Made by a program: the position numbers and the translations under genes. From assembly GCA_049322255.1 (NCBI GenBank), contig JBMORE010000103.1, positions 1-64,000 of the forward strand: a stretch of DNA of 64,000 nt. The letters are read 5' to 3'. The DNA comes from Myxococcota bacterium (GTDB taxonomy: Bacteria > Myxococcota > Myxococcia > Myxococcales > Myxococcaceae). Under the pieces are notes generated by a model. That model saw nothing but the letters and a program-made list of their open reading frames with translations. It ran no database searches and was not told the DNA's origin. Position 1 is the first letter of the stretch. Each line of letters begins with the position of its first letter. This document shows, piece after piece, positions 28,789-37,944 of this stretch.

Positions 28789-29460
28789 TCAGGACCTCCC
28801 GTAGATTCGGCCGCGCTGCTTCACCGCCAGGAGGTGAAAGCGCTCGCGCAGCGCATCCTTCTCCTCGGAGGAGAGGTCCCCCGCCTCCCCCAGGTGTTCG
28901 ACGCGCCAGGAGATTGCACGGGAGACGCACGCCGAGGCGGCGGCGGAAATGTTCAAGCTCTGAGTGAAGCCGCGCATGGGCAGCCAGAAGCGCCCGTCGC
29001 AACCGTCGAGCACCTCTCGGGAGACGCCGAAACGTTCGTTGCCGAAGATGAGCGCCACCTTCTGGTCGAAGCGCAAGGAGTAGAGACTCTGCGCGCCCTC
29101 GCCCACCGCCGAAGCCCACAGCGCAAAGCCTCGCGCCTTCAGCCCCGCGCGGCAGGCGGCGAAGTCTCGGTGGCGCTGAACGTCGAGCCACTTGTCGCAG
29201 CCCTGGGTGACTTTGGGGTTGGGGCGAAAAGGGACTTTTTCGTTCTCCACCACGTGCACCTCCTGCACCCCGAACGCCTCGCAGGTGCGCAGGACCGCCG
29301 CCATGTTGAAGGTGTCCTCCAGCCGGTCGAGCACCACCACCAGGGTGCGGGTGCGGCGGGCGAGCACCCCTTCGATGCGTTCTTTGCGCGCGTCGAGGAG
29401 CAGCTCTTCGGGCGGAGGTGACCTCTCGAACGTCTCGTAGCGAGGCCCGCCGCCGCTCAT
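28789..29460 (-). CDS. TrmH/SpoU-family RNA 2'-O-methyltransferase
   Basis: NMAAVLRTCEAFG, IFGNERFG, PMRGFTQSLNISAA. Confidence 0.9.
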   Translation of the reverse strand: MSGGGPRYETFERSPPPEELLLDARKERIEGVLARRTRTLVVVLDRLEDTFNMAAVLRTCEAFGVQEVHVVENEKVPFRPNPKVTQGCDKWLDVQRHRDFAACRAGLKARGFALWASAVGEGAQSLYSLRFDQKVALIFGNERFGVSREVLDGCDGRFWLPMRGFTQSLNISAAASACVSRAISWRVEHLGEAGDLSSEEKDALRERFHLLAVKQRGRIYGRS

Positions 29461-30503
29461 CGAACCCTCCCTCTCCCTCTGGGAGAGGGTCGGGGTGAGG
29501 GGCGCGCCCACAGAACTTTCGCCACTTCATCCAACAACACCCCCACTCCCTCTCCGGTCGCCGCAGAAACAGGAAAAACCTTCTTCTTTTTTCGCTTCAT
29601 CGCTGCGGTGAGCTTGGCCAGGTTGGCGCGCGCGTCGGGCAAGTCGATTTTGTTCGCTGCCACCACCTGCGGCTTTTCGGCCAGCTTGGGGCTGTACTTC
29701 TTCAGCTCGGCGTTGAGGACCTCGAAGTCGTGCAGCGGGGAGCGTCCCTCCTCAGGCGCGGCCAGGTCGATGAGGTGAATGAGCACCCGGCAGCGCTCTA
29801 CGTGGCGAAGAAATTGGTGCCCCAGCCCCGCTCCCTCGCTCGCGCCTTCGATGAGCCCGGGGATGTCGGCCATCACGAAGGACAGCCCGTCCTTGTACTG
29901 AACCAGCCCCAGGTTGGGCACCAGGGTGGTGAACGGGTAGTCGGCAATCTTCGGCCGCGCCCGCGACACCTTGGCGATGAGGGTCGACTTGCCCGCGTTG
30001 GGGTAGCCGAGCAAACCGACGTCGGCGAGCAGTTTCAGCTCGAGGCGCAGGTGCCGCTCCTCCCCCTTCGTCCCCTCCTGCGCGAACCGCGGAGTCTGCC
30101 GGGTCGAGGTGGCGAAGTTCATGTTCCCCAAGCCACCGCGGCCTCCCTTGGCCGCCACGAACGTCCGCCCCGGGGCGGAGAGGTCGGCGAGCACCTCGCC
30201 GCTCTCTTCGTCCTTCACCAGGGTGCCCACCGGCACTTTGAGCAGCATGTCTTCGGCAGCGGCGCCGTTGCGGTCGTTGCCCATGCCGTTTTGACCACTC
30301 TTAGCGAAATGGTGTTGCTGGTAGCGGTAGTCGAGCAGGGTGGTCAGCTGCGGGTCGGCGACCAGGAGCACCGAGCCACCGTTTCCCCCGTCGCCCCCCG
30401 AGGGGCCGCCCTTCTCGACGTACTTCTCCCGGCGAAAGGCGACCGCTCCGTCGCCTCCCTTGCCAGCTTTCACCTGAATGCGGACTTCGTCGACGAACCT
30501 CAT
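29457..30503 (-). CDS. obgE: GTPase ObgE
   Basis: MRFVDEV, GGDGG, GYPNAGKST, DYPFTT, DIPG, NKID, SAA. Confidence 0.97.
   Translation of the reverse strand: MRFVDEVRIQVKAGKGGDGAVAFRREKYVEKGGPSGGDGGNGGSVLLVADPQLTTLLDYRYQQHHFAKSGQNGMGNDRNGAAAEDMLLKVPVGTLVKDEESGEVLADLSAPGRTFVAAKGGRGGLGNMNFATSTRQTPRFAQEGTKGEERHLRLELKLLADVGLLGYPNAGKSTLIAKVSRARPKIADYPFTTLVPNLGLVQYKDGLSFVMADIPGLIEGASEGAGLGHQFLRHVERCRVLIHLIDLAAPEEGRSPLHDFEVLNAELKKYSPKLAEKPQVVAANKIDLPDARANLAKLTAAMKRKKKKVFPVSAATGEGVGVLLDEVAKVLWARPSPRPSPRGRGRVR
29469..29502 (-). repeat. REP-like palindromic element, copy 3 (3' end of obgE)
   Basis: One mismatch to copy 1; translated as PSPRPSPRGRG. Confidence 0.92.
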
Positions 30504-30551
30504 GAATGACTCAACACAGAGGCCCTTCGACGTCGTTCAACTACAGCGGTG

Positions 30552-30815
30552 CTACGGGGTCGTGGCGGGATAGACCGAGACCTTCTTGCGGTCGCGGCCT
30601 AACCGCTCGTACTTCACCACTCCGTCGGTGGTGGCATAGAGGGTGAAGTCGCGTCCCAGGCGGACGTTGTTGCCCGGGTGAATCACCGTGCCCACCTGCC
30701 GGACGAGGATGCTGCCGGAATTCACTTCCTGCCCGCCGAACACCTTCACCCCGCGGCGCTGCCCACGCGAGTCGCGCCCGTTGCGCGAAGAGCCTTGTCC
30801 TTTTTTGTGAGCCAT
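30552..30815 (-). CDS. rpmA: 50S ribosomal protein L27
   Basis: [16 protein letters not shown]. Confidence 0.98.
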   Translation of the reverse strand: MAHKKGQGSSRNGRDSRGQRRGVKVFGGQEVNSGSILVRQVGTVIHPGNNVRLGRDFTLYATTDGVVKYERLGRDRKKVSVYPATTP

Positions 30816-30839
30816 GACGCGTTCCTTCGAAACTGTCCG

Positions 30840-31148
30840 CTAGGCGGAGATGGAGGTGACCTTCACCTCGGTGTACGGCTGCCGGTGGCCGCGCCGGCGG
30901 GTCCAGCCCTCCTTCTCCTTGCGGAAATGGAGGACCTTGCGGTGCTTGTCTTGGGCCACAATCTTCCCCTTCACCTTCGCCCCCGACACCTTGGGTTGGC
31001 CCACCTTGGGCTGGTCGGTGCCGCCGACCAAGAGAATCTCGTCGAACGAAACCTCGGTGCCCACATCGCCGGCAATCTTCTCGATGCGGAGCACGTCGCC
31101 CTCGGCCACCTTGTACTGCTTGCCGCCCGTGCGAATGACTGCGTACAT
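30840..31148 (-). CDS. rplU: 50S ribosomal protein L21
   Basis: [14 protein letters not shown]...GHRQPYT. Confidence 0.98.
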   Translation of the reverse strand: MYAVIRTGGKQYKVAEGDVLRIEKIAGDVGTEVSFDEILLVGGTDQPKVGQPKVSGAKVKGKIVAQDKHRKVLHFRKEKEGWTRRRGHRQPYTEVKVTSISA

Positions 31149-31178
31149 CGTCTAAACCCCTGTGGTGAAAGGCGCGCG

Positions 31179-31207
31179 GATCTACGGGACTTGTCGGGGT
31201 GAGTCAA
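31179..31207 (-). promoter_or_regulatory. Sigma70-type promoter of rplU-rpmA-obgE
   Basis: TTGACT-N17-TAGATC on minus strand upstream of rplU. Confidence 0.7.
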
Positions 31208-31225
31208 GCGCGGCCCTCTTGATTG

Positions 31226-31260
31226 CATGTGGTTATTAACGCGGTAAAAATAACCACATG
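31226..31260. promoter_or_regulatory. 12-bp perfect inverted repeat (putative operator) ending on the start codon of the AAA gene
   Basis: CATGTGGTTATT-N11-AATAACCACATG. Confidence 0.65.
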
Positions 31261-32412
31261 GTGTCGCGGTTGTTGGAGCCCGCCCTCCGGGCATCGAAGA
31301 AGAGCGTGCTCCTTTGGGGGCCAAGGCAGGTCGGCAAATCCACTCTCCTCGAATCGCTGCGGCCGGACCTCACCATCAACTTGGCGCTGGAGTCGGAGTA
31401 CTTCCGTTTCTCCAGCCGGCCGGAGCTCCTCGAGTCGGTCATCCGCGACAGGAAGCCCCAGATGGTCTTCATCGACGAGATTCAACGTATTCCGGGGTTG
31501 CTCAACACGGCCCAGGCGCTCATTGACGAGCATCGCAAGAAGGGTCCACCGCTGCGGTTTCTACTCTCGGGCTCGAGCGCTCGAAAGCTGCGCAGGGGAC
31601 AGGCCAACCTCCTGCCTGGCCGGGTCCACACCTATTCTCTTTCCGGCCTTTGTGCCCGGGAGCTCGAATACCGGGTCGATCTCGAGAAGGCGCTTCGTTT
31701 CGGCTTTCTTCCCGAGCCGTACCTCGAGGAGGACGAGAGCACCGCAGCGAAGACGCTCACCTCTTACGCGGCCACGTATCTGAAAGAGGAGATTCAAGCC
31801 GAGTCGTTGGCACGGAACATCCAGGGCTTTGCTCGCTTCCTCGACAAAGTGGCGACCGAATCCGGGAGAGTTCTCGACTTCTCGAAATTGGCTGCCAAAG
31901 CCAAGCTCTCGCGTTCCAGCTGCGTGCGTTTCGTCGAAATCCTCGAGGACACCCTGGTCGCTCAACGGCTGCCCGTGTTCGAGGGCGCTCGGAGCGCAGA
32001 CACCATCCGCCATCCCAAGCTCTATTTCTTCGACTTGGGCGTATGGAACGGCCTTTTGCAGAACTTCACGGCCTCCGCGGACAGGTTGGGGAACCTCTTC
32101 GAGCATTTCGTCTACCAACAACTACGCAACTCGCTCTTGGCCCACGACCTGCCATTCGAGCTGAGCTACTTCCGCACCCGGCACGGGCTCGAGGTCGACT
32201 TCGTCCTGCGCTGCCGAGGGAAGGTTTGGGCCATCGAAGCCAAGGCCGGAGAGGTCTCCGAAGTCGATCTCACAGGCCTTCGGCAGTTTCGCGGCTACTA
32301 CCCGGAAGTTCACGCGTGCATCGCCGTGAGCTCTCGAGAAAACCGGTACCGCACGCGCGATGACATTTTCGTCTGCAATTGGGCCGAGCTTCTTCACGAG
32401 CTTTCTCTTTGA
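31258..32412 (+). CDS. AAA_14 ATPase with DUF4143-type C-terminal nuclease-like domain
   Basis: GPRQVGKST, FIDEIQ, LSGSS, PKLYFFDLG, FEHFV, EVDF...IEAK. Confidence 0.9.
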   Translation: MVSRLLEPALRASKKSVLLWGPRQVGKSTLLESLRPDLTINLALESEYFRFSSRPELLESVIRDRKPQMVFIDEIQRIPGLLNTAQALIDEHRKKGPPLRFLLSGSSARKLRRGQANLLPGRVHTYSLSGLCARELEYRVDLEKALRFGFLPEPYLEEDESTAAKTLTSYAATYLKEEIQAESLARNIQGFARFLDKVATESGRVLDFSKLAAKAKLSRSSCVRFVEILEDTLVAQRLPVFEGARSADTIRHPKLYFFDLGVWNGLLQNFTASADRLGNLFEHFVYQQLRNSLLAHDLPFELSYFRTRHGLEVDFVLRCRGKVWAIEAKAGEVSEVDLTGLRQFRGYYPEVHACIAVSSRENRYRTRDDIFVCNWAELLHELSL

Positions 32413-32510
32413 CGAGGCGGTCTGAGCAAGCACCTCGTCACAGGAGGTATTTTCTCCCGGCCTGCTGCGCCGATCGTAGACAATGGTCGGCCCACAGTAG
32501 CGGAGGCGAA

Positions 32511-34013
32511 ATGTCGGACAGAATCCTACGCTTTCTTTGTGTGGTGCTGGCCTTCAGCGGCCTCGCGCTCGTCGGTTGTCAATGCGGCGAGCCACCTCCG
32601 GTGACTGATGACGCGGGAGGAGGCGCGGAGGAAGACGGCGGCGGTGGAGGCGGCTTCGATGGTGGTGCATGCACCAGGTTCCCCAATGGCGCGTCCTGCA
32701 CGGCCAACTCCGACTGTTGCAGCGACCAGTGCGACGCGGTGACCAGGGTGTGTACCACCGGTGCTGGCACCTGCTTTGGTCTGGGCGCAACCTGCAACGC
32801 CAATATCGAGTGCTGCGGCGGCAAGACCTGTGCGCCCGACGCCACGGGCACCAAGCACTGCACGGACACCTCCTTTTGCGCGGCGAACGGAGCGGCGTGC
32901 ACCGCCCCGAGCCAGTGCTGCTCGCTCTCCTGCGGTGGGTGCACGCCCGCTGCCGACGGCGGTCAAGACTGCACCTGCCAGGGCTCTGGGTCCCTCTGCC
33001 AACCCGAGGGCACGGGCTGCGGTAGCAACGTCGAGTGCTGCAGCAGTCAGTGCAACACCACCTGCTTGTCCTCAGGCGCGGGCTGCAAGACCCTGGGGGA
33101 GCGCTGCGCGACTCCCGGCTACGACGCCAACTGCTGCAGCAAATACTGCGTCGACTTCGGCGGCGACGCGGGGGCGAATCTCCGCTGCGCCCAGTCCAGC
33201 ACCTGCCGGGCGAGAGGGGAAATTTGCACCTTGGCCACCGACTGCTGCGCCGGGGTTTGCGACAACGGCCGCTGCCCCTCACAGGCCCAGCTCGGCCAAA
33301 AGCTGTTCGTCGGTGAGCCTTGCGTTCAGGACTCCGACTGCGCCTCCTACGCCTGTGCTTCCACGGTGCAGGGAGGCCCCAAATTGTGCCAGTTCCTCGG
33401 TGGCTGTCGCCCGGCCGAGGAAACCTGCACCGACGACTACCAGTGCTGCGGCTACCTGGAGCTTTCACAGAGCCGTGACCAGTGCACGACGGCACAGCCC
33501 GTCCCTGGCGTGTGCACCGCGGTCGCCGGCGTCCCGGGCTTGAAGCGCTGCACCCTCCAGCCCACCGACAAAGAGGTTGGAGAGATTTGCAAGAGCGGCA
33601 CCATGGTTGTCCACGCTTGCTGTGGCGGGGAAGCGGTGTGCCGGCCGACCATCACCGGCGTCTCGCGCTGCTTCGGCGGAGCCTTGACCCCTGACGCGGG
33701 CTGCCTCTCCAACGGAACCTCCTGCAGCATCGCCGACCAGTGCTGCTCCCGCATTTGCGCGCCGGGAACCTCCGCCGACGGCGGCCTGGGGTTGTTTTGC
33801 AGAGGCTGCGTGACCGACGGCAATGCCTGCACGACGAGCAATGACTGCTGCTCCTTGGTGTGCACCAACGGGGTGTGTGGAGCGACCGTTGACGGCGGCG
33901 CGACATGCGTACCCCTCGGAGGCGCGTGCACCACGAACGCCCAGTGCTGCTCGACGATCTGCTCGAGCACCGACGGCGGGCCTGGCACCTGCAGCACCGT
34001 CGGCATCAACTAA
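32511..34013 (+). CDS. Very Cys-rich repetitive lipoprotein
   Basis: GGAGG RBS; lipobox LVGC; about 12 GxxCxxxxxCC(S)xxC-type units. Confidence 0.85.
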   Translation: MSDRILRFLCVVLAFSGLALVGCQCGEPPPVTDDAGGGAEEDGGGGGGFDGGACTRFPNGASCTANSDCCSDQCDAVTRVCTTGAGTCFGLGATCNANIECCGGKTCAPDATGTKHCTDTSFCAANGAACTAPSQCCSLSCGGCTPAADGGQDCTCQGSGSLCQPEGTGCGSNVECCSSQCNTTCLSSGAGCKTLGERCATPGYDANCCSKYCVDFGGDAGANLRCAQSSTCRARGEICTLATDCCAGVCDNGRCPSQAQLGQKLFVGEPCVQDSDCASYACASTVQGGPKLCQFLGGCRPAEETCTDDYQCCGYLELSQSRDQCTTAQPVPGVCTAVAGVPGLKRCTLQPTDKEVGEICKSGTMVVHACCGGEAVCRPTITGVSRCFGGALTPDAGCLSNGTSCSIADQCCSRICAPGTSADGGLGLFCRGCVTDGNACTTSNDCCSLVCTNGVCGATVDGGATCVPLGGACTTNAQCCSTICSSTDGGPGTCSTVGIN

Positions 34014-34058
34014 GCGAAGGCTTCTCCACGCCATGCTCGTCATCAACGAGGAGTTCCC

Positions 34059-34324
34059 ATGAGATTGAACTGGACGTGCCTTTTGCTGGCTGTCGCCGGC
34101 TGCCGTGTTCACGTGGGAATGGCTCCTGAATACGGGCCTCCGCCTCCAAGACCGGCGGTCGCGTCGACCGAATCGTTCGTGGACACGTGAAGGGAAAGGG
34201 CTGGGGCGGCAGCGCGATCAAGGCTCCCGAGGTTCAGGCGGAGGTCATCTACGCCAAGGAAATCCATGCGGACTGGCTGGAGGTGGGCGAGGTACATGCC
34301 CACGAGGTAAAAATCGGCCACTGA
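34059..34324 (+). pseudogene. Small lipoprotein gene, frameshifted or split into two coupled ORFs
   Basis: GAGGAG RBS; MRLNWTCLLLAVAGC stops at 34190; protein-like sequence continues in another frame to 34324. Confidence 0.4.
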
Positions 34325-34331
34325 CAGGCGC

Positions 34332-35771
34332 CTACTCTCCGAGCTTCTTCTTGAGCAGCTCGTTCACCAGCGCGGGGTTGCCCCGGCCCTTCATCGCCTT
34401 CATCACCTGACCGACGAAGAAGCCCCACACCTGCTTCTTGCCGGCTTTGTACTTCTCCACCTCCGAGGCGTTCTTGGCGAGCACCTCGTCCACCACCACC
34501 TCGATGGCGCCGACGTCGGAGACCTGGGCGAGCCCCTTCTCCTGGATGATGGCTTCGGGGTCTTTCCCCGTGCGAAACAGCTCTCCGAACACTTCCTTGG
34601 CCGCGGGGGCGGAGATTTCTCCCTGGTCGACGGCGGACAACAACGCCGCCAGCTCCTTCGGTCCGAAGCGCAGCGCGCCCAGGGTGGAGCTCGTTTCCTT
34701 GAGTAGGCGCAAGAGCTCTCCCAAGAGCCAGTTGGAGAGCTTCTTGGCGTCCTTGTAGACCGCGGCGCTCGCCTCGAAGAAGTCGGCCAGCGGCCGCTCG
34801 GCGGTGAGCAGGCGCGCGTCGTAGTCGGGCAGGCCGTACTGGCTCTTGAAGCGTGCCAGCTTGGCGCGGGGGAGCTCCGGCAACTCGGTGCGCACACGTT
34901 CGACTAGGCCAGGTGGCAACACCAGCGGCGGCAAGTCCGGCTCGGGGAAGTAGCGGTAGTCGTGCGCCTCTTCCTTGGTGCGCATCGAGCGCGTCTCACC
35001 TCGCTGGGAGTCGAACAAGCGGGTCTCCTGTTCGACCTTCCCCCCCGACTCGATGAGCTCCACCTGCCGCGCCACCTCGTACTCAATCGCCTGCTTCACG
35101 AAGCGAAAAGAGTTCAGGTTCTTGAGCTCCACCCGGGTGCCAAACTCGCTTGCTCCCTTCCGCATCACCGAGACGTTGGCGTCGCAGCGGAAGGAGCCCT
35201 CCTCCAGATTGCCGTCGTTCACCTCGAGATAGACCAAGACGTCGCGCAGGGCTTTTAGGTATTCGGCGGCCTCGTCGGCGCTGCGCAGGTCGGGCTCGCT
35301 GACGATTTCGAGCAGCGGCACCCCCGCGCGGTTCAGGTCGACCAGCGACCGGCCCTCGCTCACGTCGTGCACACTCTTGCCCGCATCCTCCTCCATGTGA
35401 ATGCGGCGCACCCGCACCACCTTCTCGCCCTGCGCGGTGTCGATGGTCAGATGTCCGTGCTCGCAGATGGGCTTGTCATACTGGGTGATTTGGTAGCCCT
35501 TGGGCAGGTCGGGGTAGAAGTAGTTCTTGCGGCTCCACACGCTGGTGGGGCGAATGTCACAGCCCAGCGCCAAACCGGTCTTCACCGCGTACTCCACCAC
35601 CTTCTGGTTGAGCACCGGCAGAACGCCCGGCATCCCTGAGCACACCGGACAGGTGTTCGCGTTGGGCGCCGCGCCGAACTGGGTGGAGCAGCCGCAGAAG
35701 ATTTTCGCCCGCGTGAGCAGCTGTGCGTGCACCTCGAGGCCGATCACCGGCTGAAAGTCGGCGACGCTCAT
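34332..35771 (-). CDS. gatB: Asp/Glu-tRNA amidotransferase subunit B
   Basis: [43 protein letters not shown]. Confidence 0.98.
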   Translation of the reverse strand: MSVADFQPVIGLEVHAQLLTRAKIFCGCSTQFGAAPNANTCPVCSGMPGVLPVLNQKVVEYAVKTGLALGCDIRPTSVWSRKNYFYPDLPKGYQITQYDKPICEHGHLTIDTAQGEKVVRVRRIHMEEDAGKSVHDVSEGRSLVDLNRAGVPLLEIVSEPDLRSADEAAEYLKALRDVLVYLEVNDGNLEEGSFRCDANVSVMRKGASEFGTRVELKNLNSFRFVKQAIEYEVARQVELIESGGKVEQETRLFDSQRGETRSMRTKEEAHDYRYFPEPDLPPLVLPPGLVERVRTELPELPRAKLARFKSQYGLPDYDARLLTAERPLADFFEASAAVYKDAKKLSNWLLGELLRLLKETSSTLGALRFGPKELAALLSAVDQGEISAPAAKEVFGELFRTGKDPEAIIQEKGLAQVSDVGAIEVVVDEVLAKNASEVEKYKAGKKQVWGFFVGQVMKAMKGRGNPALVNELLKKKLGE

Positions 35772-37234
35772 AACGCAGGCTTCCTGCCAACGAAGTCGTG
35801 CTCGCGCTCGAAGGCGCAGCCCACTCGCAAGACCTTCGCTTCGTCGAAAGGCCGCCCGAGAATCTGCAGGCCGATGGGGAGCCCGTTGGAGGTGAATCCA
35901 CACGGCACCGACAGCCCCGGCAGTCCGGCGAGGTTGCATGGAAGGGTGAACACGTCCATCAAGTACATCGCCAGCGGGTCGTCGAGCTTCTCGCCCAAGC
36001 GGAAAGCGGGCACGGGTGAGGTGGGGGAGATGAGGGCGTCGACGCCGGCGAAGGCTTTGGAGAAATCCTCACGGATGAGGGTGCGCACCTTCTGCGCCTT
36101 GGCGTAATACTGGTCGTAGTACCCGGCGGAGAGCGCGTAGGTGCCGAGCATGATGCGCCGCTTCACCTCGGGCCCAAACCCTTGGGCGCGCGTCTTTGCA
36201 TACAGCTCGAAAAGCTTCTTCGCCCCCTTGTCGCGCAGCCCGAAGCGCACCCCGTCGTAGCGGGCGAGGTTGCTCGAGGCCTCGGCGGGGGCGAGGAGGT
36301 AATAGGTGGCGAGCGCGTACTTGGTGTGCGGCAAGGAGACGTCGACGACCTTCGCCCCCAGCCGCGCAAAGACCTGTGCCGCCGAGCGCACCGCATGCTC
36401 CACCTCGGGGTCCATGCCCTCCACGAAGTATTCCCTGGGCAGCCCCAAGGTGAGGCCCCTCACTCCGGCCTCCAGCTCGGAGAGGTAGTCGACCACGGGC
36501 AGCTTCGCCGACGTCGAATCGTTGGAGTCGTGACCGGCGATGACCTGGAGCAGCGCCGCCGCATCTCCCACCGTGCGCGTCATCGGTCCGACTTGGTCGA
36601 GCGAGCTGGCAAAGGCGATGACCCCGTAGCGGGAGACACGGCCGTAGGTGGGCTTGAGCCCCACGGTGTTGGTGAGCGCGGCCGGCTGCCGAATGGAGCC
36701 TCCGGTGTCGGTGCCCAGGGCGCCGAACACTTCCCGCGCCGCCACCGCCGCCGCCGACCCGCCCGAGGAGCCCCCCGGGGTACGCTCCAAGTCCCACGGG
36801 TTGTGGGTGGGGAAGAAGGCGCTCCCTTCGGTCGATGAGCCCATGGCGAATTCGTCTTGGTTGAGCTTGCCCACGAGCGGCAACCCCGCCTCCTTGAGCC
36901 TTTGCACCACGGTGGCGTCGTAGGGGGCGATGAAGCCCTCCAGCATCTTCGAGCCGCAGGTGGTGGGCAGCCCCTCGGTGAGGAAGATGTCTTTGAGCCC
37001 CAGCGGCACCCCATCGAGCGGGCTGGCGGGCGATTGGGCCCGTCGGCGGGCATCGGAGGCTTCGGCGGCGGCGAGGGCACCCTTCTCATCCACGTGCAGA
37101 AAGGCGCGCACCTTTCCGTCGACGGCGGCGATGCGCGAAAGACAGGCGCGCGTCGCCTCCACCGAGCTCACCTCCCCGGAGACGAGCTTGGCGGACAACT
37201 CCTGCAGCGTGAGGTCAGTGAGCTCCATCATCAT
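35768..37234 (-). CDS. gatA: Asp/Glu-tRNA amidotransferase subunit A
   Basis: [28 protein letters not shown]; real start may be the third ATG (37228). Confidence 0.98.
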   Translation of the reverse strand: MMMELTDLTLQELSAKLVSGEVSSVEATRACLSRIAAVDGKVRAFLHVDEKGALAAAEASDARRRAQSPASPLDGVPLGLKDIFLTEGLPTTCGSKMLEGFIAPYDATVVQRLKEAGLPLVGKLNQDEFAMGSSTEGSAFFPTHNPWDLERTPGGSSGGSAAAVAAREVFGALGTDTGGSIRQPAALTNTVGLKPTYGRVSRYGVIAFASSLDQVGPMTRTVGDAAALLQVIAGHDSNDSTSAKLPVVDYLSELEAGVRGLTLGLPREYFVEGMDPEVEHAVRSAAQVFARLGAKVVDVSLPHTKYALATYYLLAPAEASSNLARYDGVRFGLRDKGAKKLFELYAKTRAQGFGPEVKRRIMLGTYALSAGYYDQYYAKAQKVRTLIREDFSKAFAGVDALISPTSPVPAFRLGEKLDDPLAMYLMDVFTLPCNLAGLPGLSVPCGFTSNGLPIGLQILGRPFDEAKVLRVGCAFEREHDFVGRKPAL

Positions 37235-37237
37235 CCT

Positions 37238-37279
37238 CCCTCTCCCTTTCTCCCTTTGGGAGAGGGCTGGGGTGAGGGG
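37238..37279 (-). repeat. REP-like palindromic element, copy 4 (gatC-gatA spacer, duplicated arm)
   Basis: CCCCTCACCCCAGCCCTCTCCCAAAGGGAGAAAGGGAGAGGG on minus strand. Confidence 0.88.
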
Positions 37280-37287
37280 CGAAAGCT

Positions 37288-37602
37288 TCAGGGGCTCTCA
37301 CCCTTACCCTCTCCCGTGGGGAGAGGGGTGGGAACCGCGAAGTAGGAACCCACCTTGGCCGGAGCATTGGCGAGCGCCTTCTCCACCCCGATGGACGGCC
37401 GCACCTCGTCGGGCCGAAGCAACGTCTCGGCGAGCGTGGCGTGCGAGGTGGGCTCCACCTGGGAGGTATCGAGCCCCTCGAGGGCCTTCATCGCCTCGAG
37501 GATGGCCGAGAGTTGCTCCTGGTAGCGGCGCTCCTCCTCGGGGGTGAGCGACAACCGGGCCAGGTTGGCGACGTGGCGCACCTGTTCGAGGGTGAGGCTC
37601 AT
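37288..37602 (-). CDS. gatC: Asp/Glu-tRNA amidotransferase subunit C
   Basis: [12 protein letters not shown]...VEPTSH...LRPDEV...ALANAP...FAVP; tail derived from the repeat. Confidence 0.95.
   Translation of the reverse strand: MSLTLEQVRHVANLARLSLTPEEERRYQEQLSAILEAMKALEGLDTSQVEPTSHATLAETLLRPDEVRPSIGVEKALANAPAKVGSYFAVPTPLPTGEGKGESP
37295..37327 (+). repeat. REP-like palindromic element, copy 5 (inverted relative to copy 4; 3' end of gatC)
   Basis: CTCTCACCCTTACCCTCTCCCGTGGGGAGAGGG. Confidence 0.85.
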
Positions 37603-37929
37603 TTACTTGTTCTTGAACAGCCCCAGCACCGCGCGCATCACCCCGCCCGACTGCTCCGAGCCGGCCTGGAGCAGCTGCTCCAGCTCTCCGGCGTCCAGCC
37701 AGATGCCGTGGCAGTGGAAGCAGGTGTCGATCTCCACCTCGCCGCGGTGAAGCGTCTGCAAGTCCATGCCGCACTTGGGGCACTTCATGTGGTGCAGCTT
37801 CTTGAGCTCTTCACGCTTTTTGGCCTTCGTCTCCTCGGCCTGCTGGAGAGCGAGCTTGCGCTTCTTCTCAATCTCCTCGCGGGCGAAGTACTCGTCCTCG
37901 AGGCTCGAGGGCTTGTCCAAATCCGGCAT
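37603..37929 (-). CDS. zf-TFIIB-like zinc-ribbon protein
   Basis: CPKC...EIDTCFHCHGIWLDAGELEQL. Confidence 0.85.
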   Translation of the reverse strand: MPDLDKPSSLEDEYFAREEIEKKRKLALQQAEETKAKKREELKKLHHMKCPKCGMDLQTLHRGEVEIDTCFHCHGIWLDAGELEQLLQAGSEQSGGVMRAVLGLFKNK

Positions 37930-37944
37930 CGAAAATCCTCCTCC

